Shown piece after piece: positions 19,101 to 28,204 of a stretch of 58,799 nucleotides of DNA. Below the pieces are notes generated by a model. The model had not been told where the DNA came from, did not search any database, and saw only the letters and a program-made list of their open reading frames with translations. The translations under genes were made by a program, and so were the position numbers. Location of the stretch: positions 1 to 58,799 of IMG/VR virus record IMGVR_UViG_3300046779_002192; one strand, written 5' to 3'. Numbering within the stretch: position 1 is the first letter of the stretch; the number at the start of each line of letters is the position of its first letter. Source of the DNA: a virus (lineage: Duplodnaviria; Caudoviricetes).

Positions 19101-19969
19101 GCACAGACTTCTGGGTTTAGTGTTTTGCCGATATCTTTGAAGAAATTTTTAATTGTTATATCGTCATTCAATTTTGAAAATAACAATGGATAATCGTATT
19201 CTAATAACTCCAAGATGCTCTGTACAGAAGTGTCGCTTGGAGTTCCGTTTAGTAACAAACAAAGTTCGCTAGGATTTAATACGCCATTCAAATCTGTCAT
19301 AAAGTTGATTGGATTCTCGGACGTTCCAGCTTCAGCAGTTGATTCTGAGAATTCGTCACTTTCGCAATTATCTAACTCTTTAATTTGTGCCTCATTTCCA
19401 GCGACTGTAATCTCATAGTTTTGAAATATATTTGTTAATCCATCAAAATTAAAAAGGTCATTAATATTGAATTGTGCATCAAAGCTTAATAATTTTCCAT
19501 TTTCACATAGTTCAAAAGCTAGAGATAGAAGCTTCATTATGATTGCGACTAATAATCCAATAAGTAAATCAATCAACATTTGAATAAGCATATCTAAGAA
19601 TATCTTCAATTGAAGATTGAATGTCATTCTTGGAAAATTAAATCTTGGTGGCTTACAAATGAACGATACTATACCAGTTACTATTTGTGATAATTGATAT
19701 GTTTTTGTTCCCTGTTCTTCCTCACCATAAACTTCATTTATCACGCATTCAGCAGCTTCTGCTAATTTTCTTTTTAATTGAACATCACGAACATCAATTT
19801 TATCTAAATCAATATTGTTATCACCAATTATTTTTATAATTGTATCTTTTAAATCTGCTTCGGTTTCACATTTTTCAAATTTAGCAAAAAGTGCTTGAGT
19901 AAATTTATCTCTTAAATCAGACTCAACACCTTCTATTTCTATACACGTTCCTTTTTCACCGTCTGCCAT
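16187..19969 (-). CDS. Large (1260 aa) helical protein of the tail/baseplate module with hydrophobic segments
   Basis: Long ORF between the spike and gp25 genes. Hydrophobic stretches IFLDMLIQMLIDLLIGLLVAIIMKLLSLAF and a Pro/Leu-rich C-terminus; Cys-rich. Confidence 0.5.
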   Translation of the reverse strand: MADGEKGTCIEIEGVESDLRDKFTQALFAKFEKCETEADLKDTIIKIIGDNNIDLDKIDVRDVQLKRKLAEAAECVINEVYGEEEQGTKTYQLSQIVTGIVSFICKPPRFNFPRMTFNLQLKIFLDMLIQMLIDLLIGLLVAIIMKLLSLAFELCENGKLLSFDAQFNINDLFNFDGLTNIFQNYEITVAGNEAQIKELDNCESDEFSESTAEAGTSENPINFMTDLNGVLNPSELCLLLNGTPSDTSVQSILELLEYDYPLLFSKLNDDITIKNFFKDIGKTLNPEVCASLNQLQQTVDLNTICSPDFIKNLEDRKATMLRKKGFDEQDAKDLVKKEREKLKKQHEEIVGTIAKLRNDPNSLLDTADLTVFCKNGKPGAIKPTDVPNVDFVANIALEGLFSTYKMAHKIDFDGFNESRFINLKPKKVIVSRYGEINVPMADGSIKTFKNIETPDYMLTKDGAKPMFITKKSKFALAEVIDFGNEEDDEPEIEYGEPITVASLGIKKSAKTGKLKDISPSELYLADLERFENPKQLKTKIVGVIKEIKRKALRTKHALSGEDTIQSSSYTGYTVVNDKYITLLNKTAKYYPTKLASNERMPTLSDNSILELPPIIQTSDIDIDSEQLEMIKKFANTSITMDQLQKPIYMYTSSSFTGKPYYKTSDGITELVNTLIPNYKVASTTISSENDVFNQFFKTKTTKNSSTNLYMNVFANLLSRQSFYTDMVSLAEDDKDDDIREMYYALSGSYQKFNNKMGIIPFENIGDYIGFQKQALEEFRNDPCAIQDESDSNSKSALAGLIKIPTVRLLVRNHIMKFTNMFMNTLFLFKHQRLYENSELYIQFLIQTFKQDLQKLAVLGGDLSLNFYNIYFEYLDEYYESQIVLNNGLYDPLSGQKISLDQEFSEDFKLNYIFKLELKIMQERYNRLFKEFDNEDLHLMSILSGKFNESFYRKQIYVDFQVLKDGIEQTRAFSATSRQWEYACFIKIKDGNNTYTLHKVSVNGGTNVRNALPALSAERKLQLFKLLRETNEFKLLFDYCFSMTKIMSLIHVENCMEICQRDQFANMMIIASDEAIRNSAVAAYYSNDNEKTDCYNPNAGQNGPAFEMPKLSGMLAKIILQFLIKAPIIILKAIVELTDPNISIASKIRTATSALTCTPLPVLPFSLALLPFTLIPSPISIGPPVIPPLGHIYLGIDLAEFVYALATSDRGNCASLDLNISDLGDMTESNASLCKKGCSEAAWSAQRGGSGIDLRIATDGC

Positions 19970-19970
19970 A

Positions 19971-22058
19971 TTACACCAACTCTTCTATTAATTGTGCTTT
20001 GGCTTCATCATAGGTAACTACCGATAAAGTATCGGCATAAGTTCTGTCGCCCGTAGCTTTAATAAATATCTCTATTATGTCTTTTTGTTTAATACAATCG
20101 CTAGTTATGAAAGAATCATAGAATATTCTTTTATCTGATTCTTGTAAATTTGGAATAATTTTTGTTTTAAACTCTTCATATGTAAAAGATGCCAAATTTC
20201 CTTTGGTTATAGATAAGCTTATGTCTAAGAAATCCAAAGCAGCAGTTATACATTTTAATAGTTTTTCTGATATTGTACACAGACTTATGCATTTAAAAAG
20301 CTCAGAATATATTTTTTGTATTTTTGGATATATATCTTTAGAGAATTCTGCTGCTTTTTCTCTTTTTTCTTTAAATGTTGATTTCTTTTTTGGTTTTGCT
20401 GTTTCTTCTTGTGTATCGTTTAACCATTTCATAAATTCATTATCTTCAGACCCAAATATATCTGGGTCACAGTCAAAAAGCCCAACAAATTGACTTGAAA
20501 AAGTATTTATCATATATCTTAATCTATTTTTAAGTGCTTTTTCTACTGGGTTTAATTGTTCGACGTTTAAAAATTTATCAGAAAAGTTTAACTTCATTGC
20601 TTCTATTTTTGCAAGGGCGGCATTATACTCGCTTTCAGCTTCTGCTATTTGCTCGTCCAAATCTCTAAAATCAGCTTGAGATAGAGTTCCTCCAATCTTA
20701 ATATTAGAACGCTTTTTTGCTGCTTTTTGTTTTTCTAATAAACTTAAGTTTTTTCTTGCTTCTGCAAGTTTTTTTGCCGCTTCTTTTTTCTTTATTAATA
20801 ATTGAAATTGTCTTTGTTTTTCATTTTTTTGTTCATCTTCAATTTTAGTTACAAATTTTTCAACTAATGCATATATTTCTTCATCTGTCATGTTAAAAAA
20901 ATCTGCTAAATAATCTTCTAATGTACTTTTTTCTATTGAATATGATGGTTTATAGAAACAAAAAATATTTATGAATTCTGTATAAGGTAGTTTACAAAAA
21001 TCAATCAATGATATTGCGTCTACTTCTTTTAAATAAAAAATTGGGTTATATTTAAATTTTTTAACTTTTTTGTTTAACTCTACCATGCCCGTGGTGACAG
21101 GGATACAAGTTTTATTTTTTGCATCAAAATAAGACATATAGACTATATTTTGGCAATCGTCCAAACATATTTCATAATAATCTTGCTTTCTTGTTTCTGA
21201 GTATGGAGCATCGTTTATCTTACACAATCTTATAATATCATTATAAATTTGCAATAATTGCTTTCCTTCGTTTTCAAAAGAAAATCCACCTTTAAAATCC
21301 GTACCAGAAGATTCCCTGTGATAATATTTAAATAAGCTATTTCTATCGCCTTTCATAAAAATAAAATCAATTTTCTTTTTTAGCTCATGTGTTTTTACTT
21401 TTATTATTTGAGTTGTTTTTTGCATCATACCTTGAGTGTTAAGAGGTATTGCATTCAAATATTTAATATGACAAGTGACTAGTGCTTTTATTCTTGCCAA
21501 TTCTCGCAATGGTACTTCATAGTCTTCAATTTCTGCAAATCTAAAATATGATTTATATTGTTCTATTGATTCGTCGGTATAATCTTTTGATAAGTAATCT
21601 AATATTTTTTTAATACCTTTCGTTAAGCAATAATCATTAAACTGCTCTCTATTGCTACTATTTATAAATCTGTAAGGTGTTGATATTGGAACCTTATAAA
21701 CTAAATCTCTTGGATTAAAATAAGTAATATCAATAGGTCTTGATAGCCAATCTGGTTCTTCATATGTTGTTACAGATGTATATTTATCTTCACAATTAAC
21801 AGGAGCCGATTCTGGTGTATTAAATAATCTATTAATATCTTTAGTGGCTACATAATATTCATTTTGATTTATACTTGTAATCGATGTATCATCAATTTTA
21901 ACGTAGTGAAAATCACAATTATCATAAACATACTCCTCTATCAAATCAATTTGAATATCCTCAGTTAAAGTATAAACAACATTGGAAGTAGATGAAGAAA
22001 CTGGTGTTGTACGCAAATATACTGGTGTTTCTGAGTAGTTTATAAAATGCGTAGCCAT
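19971..22058 (-). CDS. 695-aa tail/baseplate-module protein with a possible N-terminal SH3b-like domain and a coiled coil
   Basis: VYLRTTP..SNVVYTL...IDLIEE...FHYVKI...YYV pattern at the N-terminus; K/E-rich coiled coil near aa 400-490. Confidence 0.45.
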   Translation of the reverse strand: MATHFINYSETPVYLRTTPVSSSTSNVVYTLTEDIQIDLIEEYVYDNCDFHYVKIDDTSITSINQNEYYVATKDINRLFNTPESAPVNCEDKYTSVTTYEEPDWLSRPIDITYFNPRDLVYKVPISTPYRFINSSNREQFNDYCLTKGIKKILDYLSKDYTDESIEQYKSYFRFAEIEDYEVPLRELARIKALVTCHIKYLNAIPLNTQGMMQKTTQIIKVKTHELKKKIDFIFMKGDRNSLFKYYHRESSGTDFKGGFSFENEGKQLLQIYNDIIRLCKINDAPYSETRKQDYYEICLDDCQNIVYMSYFDAKNKTCIPVTTGMVELNKKVKKFKYNPIFYLKEVDAISLIDFCKLPYTEFINIFCFYKPSYSIEKSTLEDYLADFFNMTDEEIYALVEKFVTKIEDEQKNEKQRQFQLLIKKKEAAKKLAEARKNLSLLEKQKAAKKRSNIKIGGTLSQADFRDLDEQIAEAESEYNAALAKIEAMKLNFSDKFLNVEQLNPVEKALKNRLRYMINTFSSQFVGLFDCDPDIFGSEDNEFMKWLNDTQEETAKPKKKSTFKEKREKAAEFSKDIYPKIQKIYSELFKCISLCTISEKLLKCITAALDFLDISLSITKGNLASFTYEEFKTKIIPNLQESDKRIFYDSFITSDCIKQKDIIEIFIKATGDRTYADTLSVVTYDEAKAQLIEELV

Positions 22059-22070
22059 TTATTAAGGTTC

Positions 22071-23021
22071 CTAATTTAAATGATGATAGTTACTGCAAAT
22101 ATGGTTTGCAGAAATACTTGTTATTTCAATTTTTTGAGTCTCAACATTAATCTTAGCTTTTAAAGTATTAATTAATGTTTCAAAATCTGACATTATTTGT
22201 GTTGGTATTTCTCCTAACAATGTCGGAGATGGAGAATTTGGTATTGCAAAAAATGGACTAATATGATTATGAGTAGCAATTAAAATATTAAACTTAATCT
22301 GTTGTACCATAAATTTATAATATATATCTGCTATTTCACTCATATTACTCAAGACGCCATTGTTTAAAAATGAAACCAACTTGTTTCCTAAAACCATTGG
22401 TTCAAGCTCTTCGTCAGTTACGTTTCCAGCAATCAAATCAACACCAACGGTAGCAGTAGAATCTCCACCTTGAGAATTATTCTTATCGGTCCCAGAGGAA
22501 ACTATTTTAACACCCTCTCTTGCTATAATGCGAACCCCATCGGCTTTTAAAGCAATAGCAGATTTTCCTTTTGGATTACCAACCTTTCCCTGTGCTAAAC
22601 CAAAATAAGTATCAATATCTGATTTTTGACTTATATATACTCTTGCAGCATCATGTAAAAAATCAGAACTTATTTCTTCTACTGTCGCAGTAGATTTTTC
22701 TGCTTTTATATCTACACCATATTGTAATGAAGAATATCTACCAACCACTATATCAATACAAGCTGCTTGTGTGTGCCCCTTTCCTCCATAACCAGAAGTA
22801 AGGTCAGATGGTCTATCTTTTCCTAAAACTATAAAAGCATTTGCATTATCAATTATTTTTTCTATTGGAGCTTTTTTATAAACTGGAATAAACTCTGGTA
22901 TATGTGTGTTGTTTAGTCCAACATTTGTAGCCTTCAAATCAAACCCAACAGACTTATCCAACCCAGCTAATAGCTCTGGATTGACGCCGGTTTGGTCTAT
23001 ATTTTTTTTGTAGTCACTCAT
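22071..23021 (-). CDS. Putative baseplate central spike / puncturing protein (gpV/gp138-like C-terminal part)
   Basis: Beta-repeat-like DAARVYISQK, SAIALKADGVRIIAREGVKIVS and an HxH (ATHNH) motif like the iron-binding spike apex; position in the baseplate module. Confidence 0.55.
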   Translation of the reverse strand: MSDYKKNIDQTGVNPELLAGLDKSVGFDLKATNVGLNNTHIPEFIPVYKKAPIEKIIDNANAFIVLGKDRPSDLTSGYGGKGHTQAACIDIVVGRYSSLQYGVDIKAEKSTATVEEISSDFLHDAARVYISQKSDIDTYFGLAQGKVGNPKGKSAIALKADGVRIIAREGVKIVSSGTDKNNSQGGDSTATVGVDLIAGNVTDEELEPMVLGNKLVSFLNNGVLSNMSEIADIYYKFMVQQIKFNILIATHNHISPFFAIPNSPSPTLLGEIPTQIMSDFETLINTLKAKINVETQKIEITSISANHICSNYHHLN

Positions 23022-23022
23022 T

Positions 23023-24414
23023 TTAACGTCCGTTTGTACTGAAGTGCCAGCCTTCCGCGTTCAATCTCTTCCATGACATTTTTGTAATGTTCTTTGATTT
23101 AAGGCTGGCTGTTTTTTCTGTTAAATCAATCATTTGATAGTTGTCATATATCCATTTATTTAGTTTTTGTCTACAAATCTTTGGTGCATTGGACATTGAG
23201 AAACCAATAAATGACATATCTTTAAAACCACTAGCTTCCCACTTTTCTAAATCAAAAGTATAAAAATCTATTCCCTCACCACGTTCATGCATACTGCTTC
23301 CGGGTGGAGCTGTCCAAGGATTACATTTTGTGGATGGCGCGGTCATTATTTCTGATTCCGATAAACCTTTACAGTTTGACCTACGCAAAGCTATTTGTGC
23401 TTCTGGCGACCTATAGGTGCTGCCAACCATCATAGTTGCTGGTGTTATTGGGTCTTTCCAAGGAGGCGTACTCCAGCTTTTAACAACTTTTTCAAACAAT
23501 GTTTGCATTAAAATAATTAAGTCTGGGTGTCCATTAATCTTTGCTGCTTTTGTATAGTTATATGTAACATTAATATAATAATTACCAGCAGAAGATTCGG
23601 TAGTATAAGATTGTATTGCTGTGTATTTATAATCTCTTAATTTGTTTAATTTTGGTGTTAATTCACTAATCTCAGCAGATGTAAATGGTCCGAATTTTCC
23701 ATTAACAACTACAGTTCCTCCAGATGCACAATTAGTTTCCTCAAATAGTTTACCACATTTACCAGCAATTGGATTAGTTACTTGCGTTGGCATTGCGGCT
23801 GATGGATTAGTTGAAGTATCGGCACCAGATGCAGTAGTGGTGTCTCCACTTTGTTCGCCTTCTGTTTCAGAAGACCAATATTTATCGATTATAAATCCAT
23901 TTTTTTTGTTCTTCCTGTCTCTATAATCAACTATGATTATATCACCAACTTTTAATGTCAGATTATTTGCTTCTTCAGATAGTGCAGTAAACGTATCGTG
24001 TAAATCAATTAATACAGCACTTTTTCCTTTTTGATTAGCATCGGCTTCTGTGCCTTCCATAGCTGCCTTGCCTATCAATTCTGGTTCTGGTATACCTGCG
24101 TCATATAAGTCAACCAGTCTCGCTTTTACTGTAAGTATTCCTTTGTTGGTTTCACCACCAATTCCAAAAAAATTACCAATTGCCGCTAAAGCTCCTCCAA
24201 AGGTGGTATCGTGTACTATTTTACCTCCTCCATCTTCATTGTATATAAAAATAACTTTAGCTAAAAACGGACCAGCGGCCTCTGATATGTCAGATTCAAA
24301 TTGACCTTCATTTAAATCATAAGACTTGCCAAAGAAAGTTTCTCTTTGACCTGTATTTTTTTGTTTTTTTGTGATTTTTTTGCTTAAAGAATTTAAAGAT
24401 TTTAATGAAGCCAT
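23023..24414 (-). CDS. Baseplate hub protein with a C-terminal peptidase M15 (VanY-like Zn peptidoglycan peptidase) domain
   Basis: STYRSPEAQIAL...APPGSSMHERGEGIDF (SxHxxGxxxD)...EGWHF (ExxH). The N-terminal OB-like region (KVGDIIIVDY) is reminiscent of gp5 N-termini. Confidence 0.75.
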   Translation of the reverse strand: MASLKSLNSLSKKITKKQKNTGQRETFFGKSYDLNEGQFESDISEAAGPFLAKVIFIYNEDGGGKIVHDTTFGGALAAIGNFFGIGGETNKGILTVKARLVDLYDAGIPEPELIGKAAMEGTEADANQKGKSAVLIDLHDTFTALSEEANNLTLKVGDIIIVDYRDRKNKKNGFIIDKYWSSETEGEQSGDTTTASGADTSTNPSAAMPTQVTNPIAGKCGKLFEETNCASGGTVVVNGKFGPFTSAEISELTPKLNKLRDYKYTAIQSYTTESSAGNYYINVTYNYTKAAKINGHPDLIILMQTLFEKVVKSWSTPPWKDPITPATMMVGSTYRSPEAQIALRRSNCKGLSESEIMTAPSTKCNPWTAPPGSSMHERGEGIDFYTFDLEKWEASGFKDMSFIGFSMSNAPKICRQKLNKWIYDNYQMIDLTEKTASLKSKNITKMSWKRLNAEGWHFSTNGR

Positions 24415-24416
24415 AA

Positions 24417-24704
24417 TTATGAATCCTTATTTATTTCATCATAAATATCGGCCTTATCATCATCAGATAGGTCGCCATAATCTCTATCTTCACGTTTGGC
24501 TATGATTGCTGCTAGTTTAACCAACTGTTCATTGGAACGCTGAAGAGATTCTACATATTTAGCAGCAACATGACCCACCTCAGTATGCCTATGTTCGTCC
24601 TTGCTAATATATTGCATTACATCGTGCAATAGAGTGGTTGTTAAATCTCTATCTTTCTGTACGTTCTTTATAGCTTGTGTAATATACTTTTCTGATTTGC
24701 TCAT
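24417..24704 (-). CDS. Hypothetical helical protein (95 aa)
   Basis: Clean ORF at the head of the baseplate operon, with CTATTTA 4 nt upstream. Confidence 0.7.
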   Translation of the reverse strand: MSKSEKYITQAIKNVQKDRDLTTTLLHDVMQYISKDEHRHTEVGHVAAKYVESLQRSNEQLVKLAAIIAKREDRDYGDLSDDDKADIYDEINKDS

Positions 24705-24708
24705 GTAA

Positions 24709-24715
24709 TAAATAG
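24709..24715 (-). promoter_or_regulatory. Putative late promoter motif CTATTTA, 4 nt before the ATG
   Basis: Minus strand reads AATCTATTTATTACATG; no SD. Confidence 0.6.
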
Positions 24716-24722
24716 ATTAATA

Positions 24723-25400
24723 TTAGATTTTACCAGAATTCCAATCTTCTTTAAATTCTTTATATCGGATTCTTACACGATTAAGATTATTTACTATCTG
24801 CTTTGTATTGAGTCCCGTTATTTCTCTTATATAAAGGTATACAGCTTTTTTATTAAATATTTCAATCTGTTCTGCGTCTTCAAGAAGAATATAAATTGCA
24901 TCAACAACTTTTCGCTCGTTTGGTTTTAAATCTAGATTTTTCCAATTATCAATTTCAACCCAAAATGATTGCCAGAATTCAGCTTTTTCCCTTTCCACTT
25001 CGTATTCATGTTCTTCTATCAGATTATCATGTTCTGCGACATTAAGAATATCATCATATAAAAGTTCTCTTCTATTCTGCTCTGCTGTTTTCTTTACTTT
25101 ATGGATAAACCAATTTTTGGTAATAACTGAGAAGTATGAAAAAGCTTTGGAACCAGAATTTGGGTCATACTTATCAAGAATAGTAGTTAACCATACTTTA
25201 CAGTCTTGTCTAAGAAATTCAATATCTGGTAAAGAAGTAAACCTATATGTGAAAACTATTTTATCTACCATTTCTGAAAAGGCTGGTTCGATATATTTCA
25301 CATATAGGTGTGTTCTTATAACATTATCTTTTGTTAAGCAATAATCAATTATTGCTTGTTCGTGGTCTTTAGAAAAATATTCATTATTCTTTGGTTTCAT
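24723..25400 (-). CDS. Phage RNA polymerase sigma factor for late transcription (T4 gp55-like)
   Basis: Sigma region-2-like segment ILDKYDPNSGSKAFSYFSVITKNWFIHKVKK, with an N-terminal YF..E.AIIDY; C-terminal HTH-like YIREITGLNTKQIVNNLNR. Confidence 0.75.
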   Translation of the reverse strand: MKPKNNEYFSKDHEQAIIDYCLTKDNVIRTHLYVKYIEPAFSEMVDKIVFTYRFTSLPDIEFLRQDCKVWLTTILDKYDPNSGSKAFSYFSVITKNWFIHKVKKTAEQNRRELLYDDILNVAEHDNLIEEHEYEVEREKAEFWQSFWVEIDNWKNLDLKPNERKVVDAIYILLEDAEQIEIFNKKAVYLYIREITGLNTKQIVNNLNRVRIRYKEFKEDWNSGKI

Positions 25401-25692
25401 TATCTTCTCCTTCTTGTGTTTCTAAAAGGGAGAATCTGTCACCAGCTAGTTTTAGGTTATCAACCATATCTTTTGTATGCTTCAATAAATTTTCAATTGT
25501 AACATCGCCATAATAAGTTTCCATCTCAGATATCATCTTAATATGACCGAGATATTCTTCCATTAAGGATTGTAAATCCGAAACGGAACCTATGGCATCT
25601 TTAAATTGATTAATCAATTTTCTAATATACCACGCTAATATACCGTTTAATACTAACGATATTAAAAATAAAATAAACCATAAATATACCAT
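25384..25692 (-). CDS. Membrane-anchored coiled-coil protein
   Basis: N-terminal TM helix LWFILFLISLVLNGILAWYI followed by a helical region. Confidence 0.65.
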   Translation of the reverse strand: MVYLWFILFLISLVLNGILAWYIRKLINQFKDAIGSVSDLQSLMEEYLGHIKMISEMETYYGDVTIENLLKHTKDMVDNLKLAGDRFSLLETQEGEDNETKE

Positions 25693-25946
25693 TATTTAAC
25701 TTCCTTACGTATTTGACTACGATAATCTTTTAATTCCTGTCTAGCTTCCTCTATTTTTTCTTTAACGAGAGAGCCTACTTTTTGACTTTTGTTTTCATTA
25801 TTAGACTTTATAGTATTAACAGGAAATAGGATTTTTTTCAAGGTTTCTGTACCACATTTTTCACACAAATAAAGCCTTTCATCGCTTGAATGAAAGGCTT
25901 CCAATTTGTTCTCACAATTAGTACAAATGTAAGAATATCTTGGCAT
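25692..25946 (-). CDS. FmdB-family zinc-ribbon protein
   Basis: MPRYSYICTNC...CEKCG..LKKIL (MP.Y.Y.CxxC...CxxC). Confidence 0.85.
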   Translation of the reverse strand: MPRYSYICTNCENKLEAFHSSDERLYLCEKCGTETLKKILFPVNTIKSNNENKSQKVGSLVKEKIEEARQELKDYRSQIRKEVK

Positions 25947-25947
25947 A

Positions 25948-26139
25948 TTACACCGGATGATAGTCTATTTCTTCTTTCGTATTATCCAAATGAAGAACTG
26001 GTGGATTTGCTACTACTATACCTTCATCTGATTGTTCTAGTATAAAACCTCTTAGAACTGGAACAATATCAGATTGTTCCATAAGAGATTTTTGAAGTGC
26101 GAGCATTAAGGCTCCTATTGCTTGATTTGATAGTTTCAT
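25948..26139 (-). CDS. Hypothetical protein (63 aa)
   Basis: SD AGGAG upstream; ATGA overlap with the upstream gene. Confidence 0.7.
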   Translation of the reverse strand: MKLSNQAIGALMLALQKSLMEQSDIVPVLRGFILEQSDEGIVVANPPVLHLDNTKEEIDYHPV

Positions 26140-26978
26140 GTTCTCTCCTTATTATTAAAACATTTTTTCATTCCATCATCTATAGAAATTTTTGGCTTCC
26201 ATCCTAAATCTAGTAAATCTTTTATATTTGCTTTAGTATGCTTAACATCTCCAAATCTTTCTTTTTCAAAATACCATTCAACTTTATTGTATTTATCAAC
26301 AATTTTTTTAACGTAATTTAATGAAACACTTTTACCAGTTCCAACATCAAAATGTTTTGCACCAATGTTATCTTCAATTAACATGCAATATATATTCGCG
26401 TCAACCACATCATCAACATGGACAAAATCTCTTGTCTGCTCTCCATCGCCATCGATTCGTAATGACTTATTTTGCCTAATCATTTCCATCCAAGCACATA
26501 TAGCGGTCGAATAAGAACCACCATACTTTTGGTCTTCTGAGTAAACGTTAAAGTATCTTAAGCTAATTGATTCTAGTCCATATAATTTATTATATAATGA
26601 TAGCTCTTGTTCCGATATAAGTTTATGTAATCCGTATGGCGAATTTGGAAACCCATTATTACCATACACAGCAGATGAAGATGAAAATATTATTTTTTTT
26701 ATGTTATTACATTTTGACCACTCTAATAGAATTGATGTATTTAATACATTTTGCTTCATTGTATAACTTGGGTTTAATACTGAAAATTCTACCCTTGGTA
26801 AAGCAGCTAGGTGAAAAACACAATCTATGTTTGTGTTTTTTGGTAAACAATTGCTTATATCTTCACCATCTTTTAAATCAATACCAATCAAGTTGTAATT
26901 TAAACTCAATAATTTTGAATACAATTTACTACCTATATAGCCTTTATGTCCCGTGATTAAGATATTCTTATTTTTCAT
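26136..26978 (-). CDS. NAD-dependent nucleotide-sugar epimerase/dehydratase (extended SDR, GalE/WcaG-like)
   Basis: TGHKGYIG, HLAA, SSSAVYG, YGLHK (YxxxK), LRYFNVY, GDGEQTRDFVHVDD. Confidence 0.9.
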   Translation of the reverse strand: MKNKNILITGHKGYIGSKLYSKLLSLNYNLIGIDLKDGEDISNCLPKNTNIDCVFHLAALPRVEFSVLNPSYTMKQNVLNTSILLEWSKCNNIKKIIFSSSSAVYGNNGFPNSPYGLHKLISEQELSLYNKLYGLESISLRYFNVYSEDQKYGGSYSTAICAWMEMIRQNKSLRIDGDGEQTRDFVHVDDVVDANIYCMLIEDNIGAKHFDVGTGKSVSLNYVKKIVDKYNKVEWYFEKERFGDVKHTKANIKDLLDLGWKPKISIDDGMKKCFNNKERT

Positions 26979-27423
26979 CTAATATATCCTTATATCTAAA
27001 AGGATAATCGGTACAAATAGCATAACACTTCTTTAAGTCTTCTATTGAATAGTCTGTAGTCTCTGGCATCACAGCTATTGCGTTATTTATTAGCCTTATA
27101 TTTGGGTAACACCACATAAAGTTCTTTGATGTTAAAGTATAATCATCATTTTGATGCCAAAAACAATTAATATTATTATCATGAATCATACTTTTTAATG
27201 CTTCATAGTTTTTAGCATGACACCATAAATTTTTGTTTTTTAAAAAATTGTAATCAACTTTATATTGAGGACCATCATGACCTAGATAAAATTCATTATC
27301 TATGTTCCATACATCTATTTCAACATCAAACCCTAACTTGATACAATCAAGAATTTGTTCTGGTTTGTTTTCTAAATCTTTTGATGGACCATATAGATTA
27401 GCTCTATGACAAATTATTTTCAT
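26968..27423 (-). CDS. Minimal GDPD/PI-PLC-like phosphodiesterase
   Basis: IICHRAN..GP...LEN, GFDVEIDVW, YLGHD, CTDY. Confidence 0.7.
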   Translation of the reverse strand: MKIICHRANLYGPSKDLENKPEQILDCIKLGFDVEIDVWNIDNEFYLGHDGPQYKVDYNFLKNKNLWCHAKNYEALKSMIHDNNINCFWHQNDDYTLTSKNFMWCYPNIRLINNAIAVMPETTDYSIEDLKKCYAICTDYPFRYKDILDEK

Positions 27424-28204
27424 TTAGTATACTCTTTATAATCTTATCTAGTGGTATCTTATTAGCATCTTCTAATACTTCTTGCAAGCTATAGTTTGCT
27501 TCTTTTCTCTGTTCTGTCATATATGACTTTTCGGAATTGAAATTATTTGTTACACTATCTGTATGAACTCTGTGAAAAAAACAAGAATTATTATCTTTTT
27601 TTCCATTTAATTTATGTGAAAAAATAAATTGTAGTCTTTCATATAACGCTGAACCGATATCGACATAATCTAAAATACCAGAAGATAAGAATAAATCTTT
27701 TTGCATTATACTGGAATGGCAGAACGCATAAGATGATGAATGAATCGTTCTAGAATTAAAAACTTCCAAATTGCATATATCGTTGGAGCATATTTGATTA
27801 TTTTCATTAATAACTTGCACCTTACTCCAGCACATTTCTAAATTATTATCAATCATGAACTGAATTTGGCTCTCTACTTTGTTTTCACTCCACATATCAT
27901 CATAGTGGCAAAATGATATATATTTACTATTTTCACTTTGCCATACTGTATGTATCTTTTTCCAAATACCACCTTTTCTCATAAAGTAATATGGTTCAAA
28001 CCATCTTATTTTAAACCCAGAGTTTAATAATATTTCTTTTATTTCATCTGATACGTTATCATCACAAGCAAATATTACATCATAAGAAAATTTTGTTTTT
28101 TGATTTTTTAAACTATTAATGCAATCTAATAAATATTTTTTTATTGGTGTATTTGGAGAAGATACCCCAAGTGGTACTACAATACATAAATCGCTTTTAA
28201 TCAT
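27404..28204 (-). CDS. Glycosyltransferase, GT-A fold (GT2-like)
   Basis: CIVVP, IFACDD, YISFCHYDDMWSENKVESQ. Start moved to the ATG at 28204 (ATGA overlap). Confidence 0.75.
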   Translation of the reverse strand: MIKSDLCIVVPLGVSSPNTPIKKYLLDCINSLKNQKTKFSYDVIFACDDNVSDEIKEILLNSGFKIRWFEPYYFMRKGGIWKKIHTVWQSENSKYISFCHYDDMWSENKVESQIQFMIDNNLEMCWSKVQVINENNQICSNDICNLEVFNSRTIHSSSYAFCHSSIMQKDLFLSSGILDYVDIGSALYERLQFIFSHKLNGKKDNNSCFFHRVHTDSVTNNFNSEKSYMTEQRKEANYSLQEVLEDANKIPLDKIIKSILNENNLS

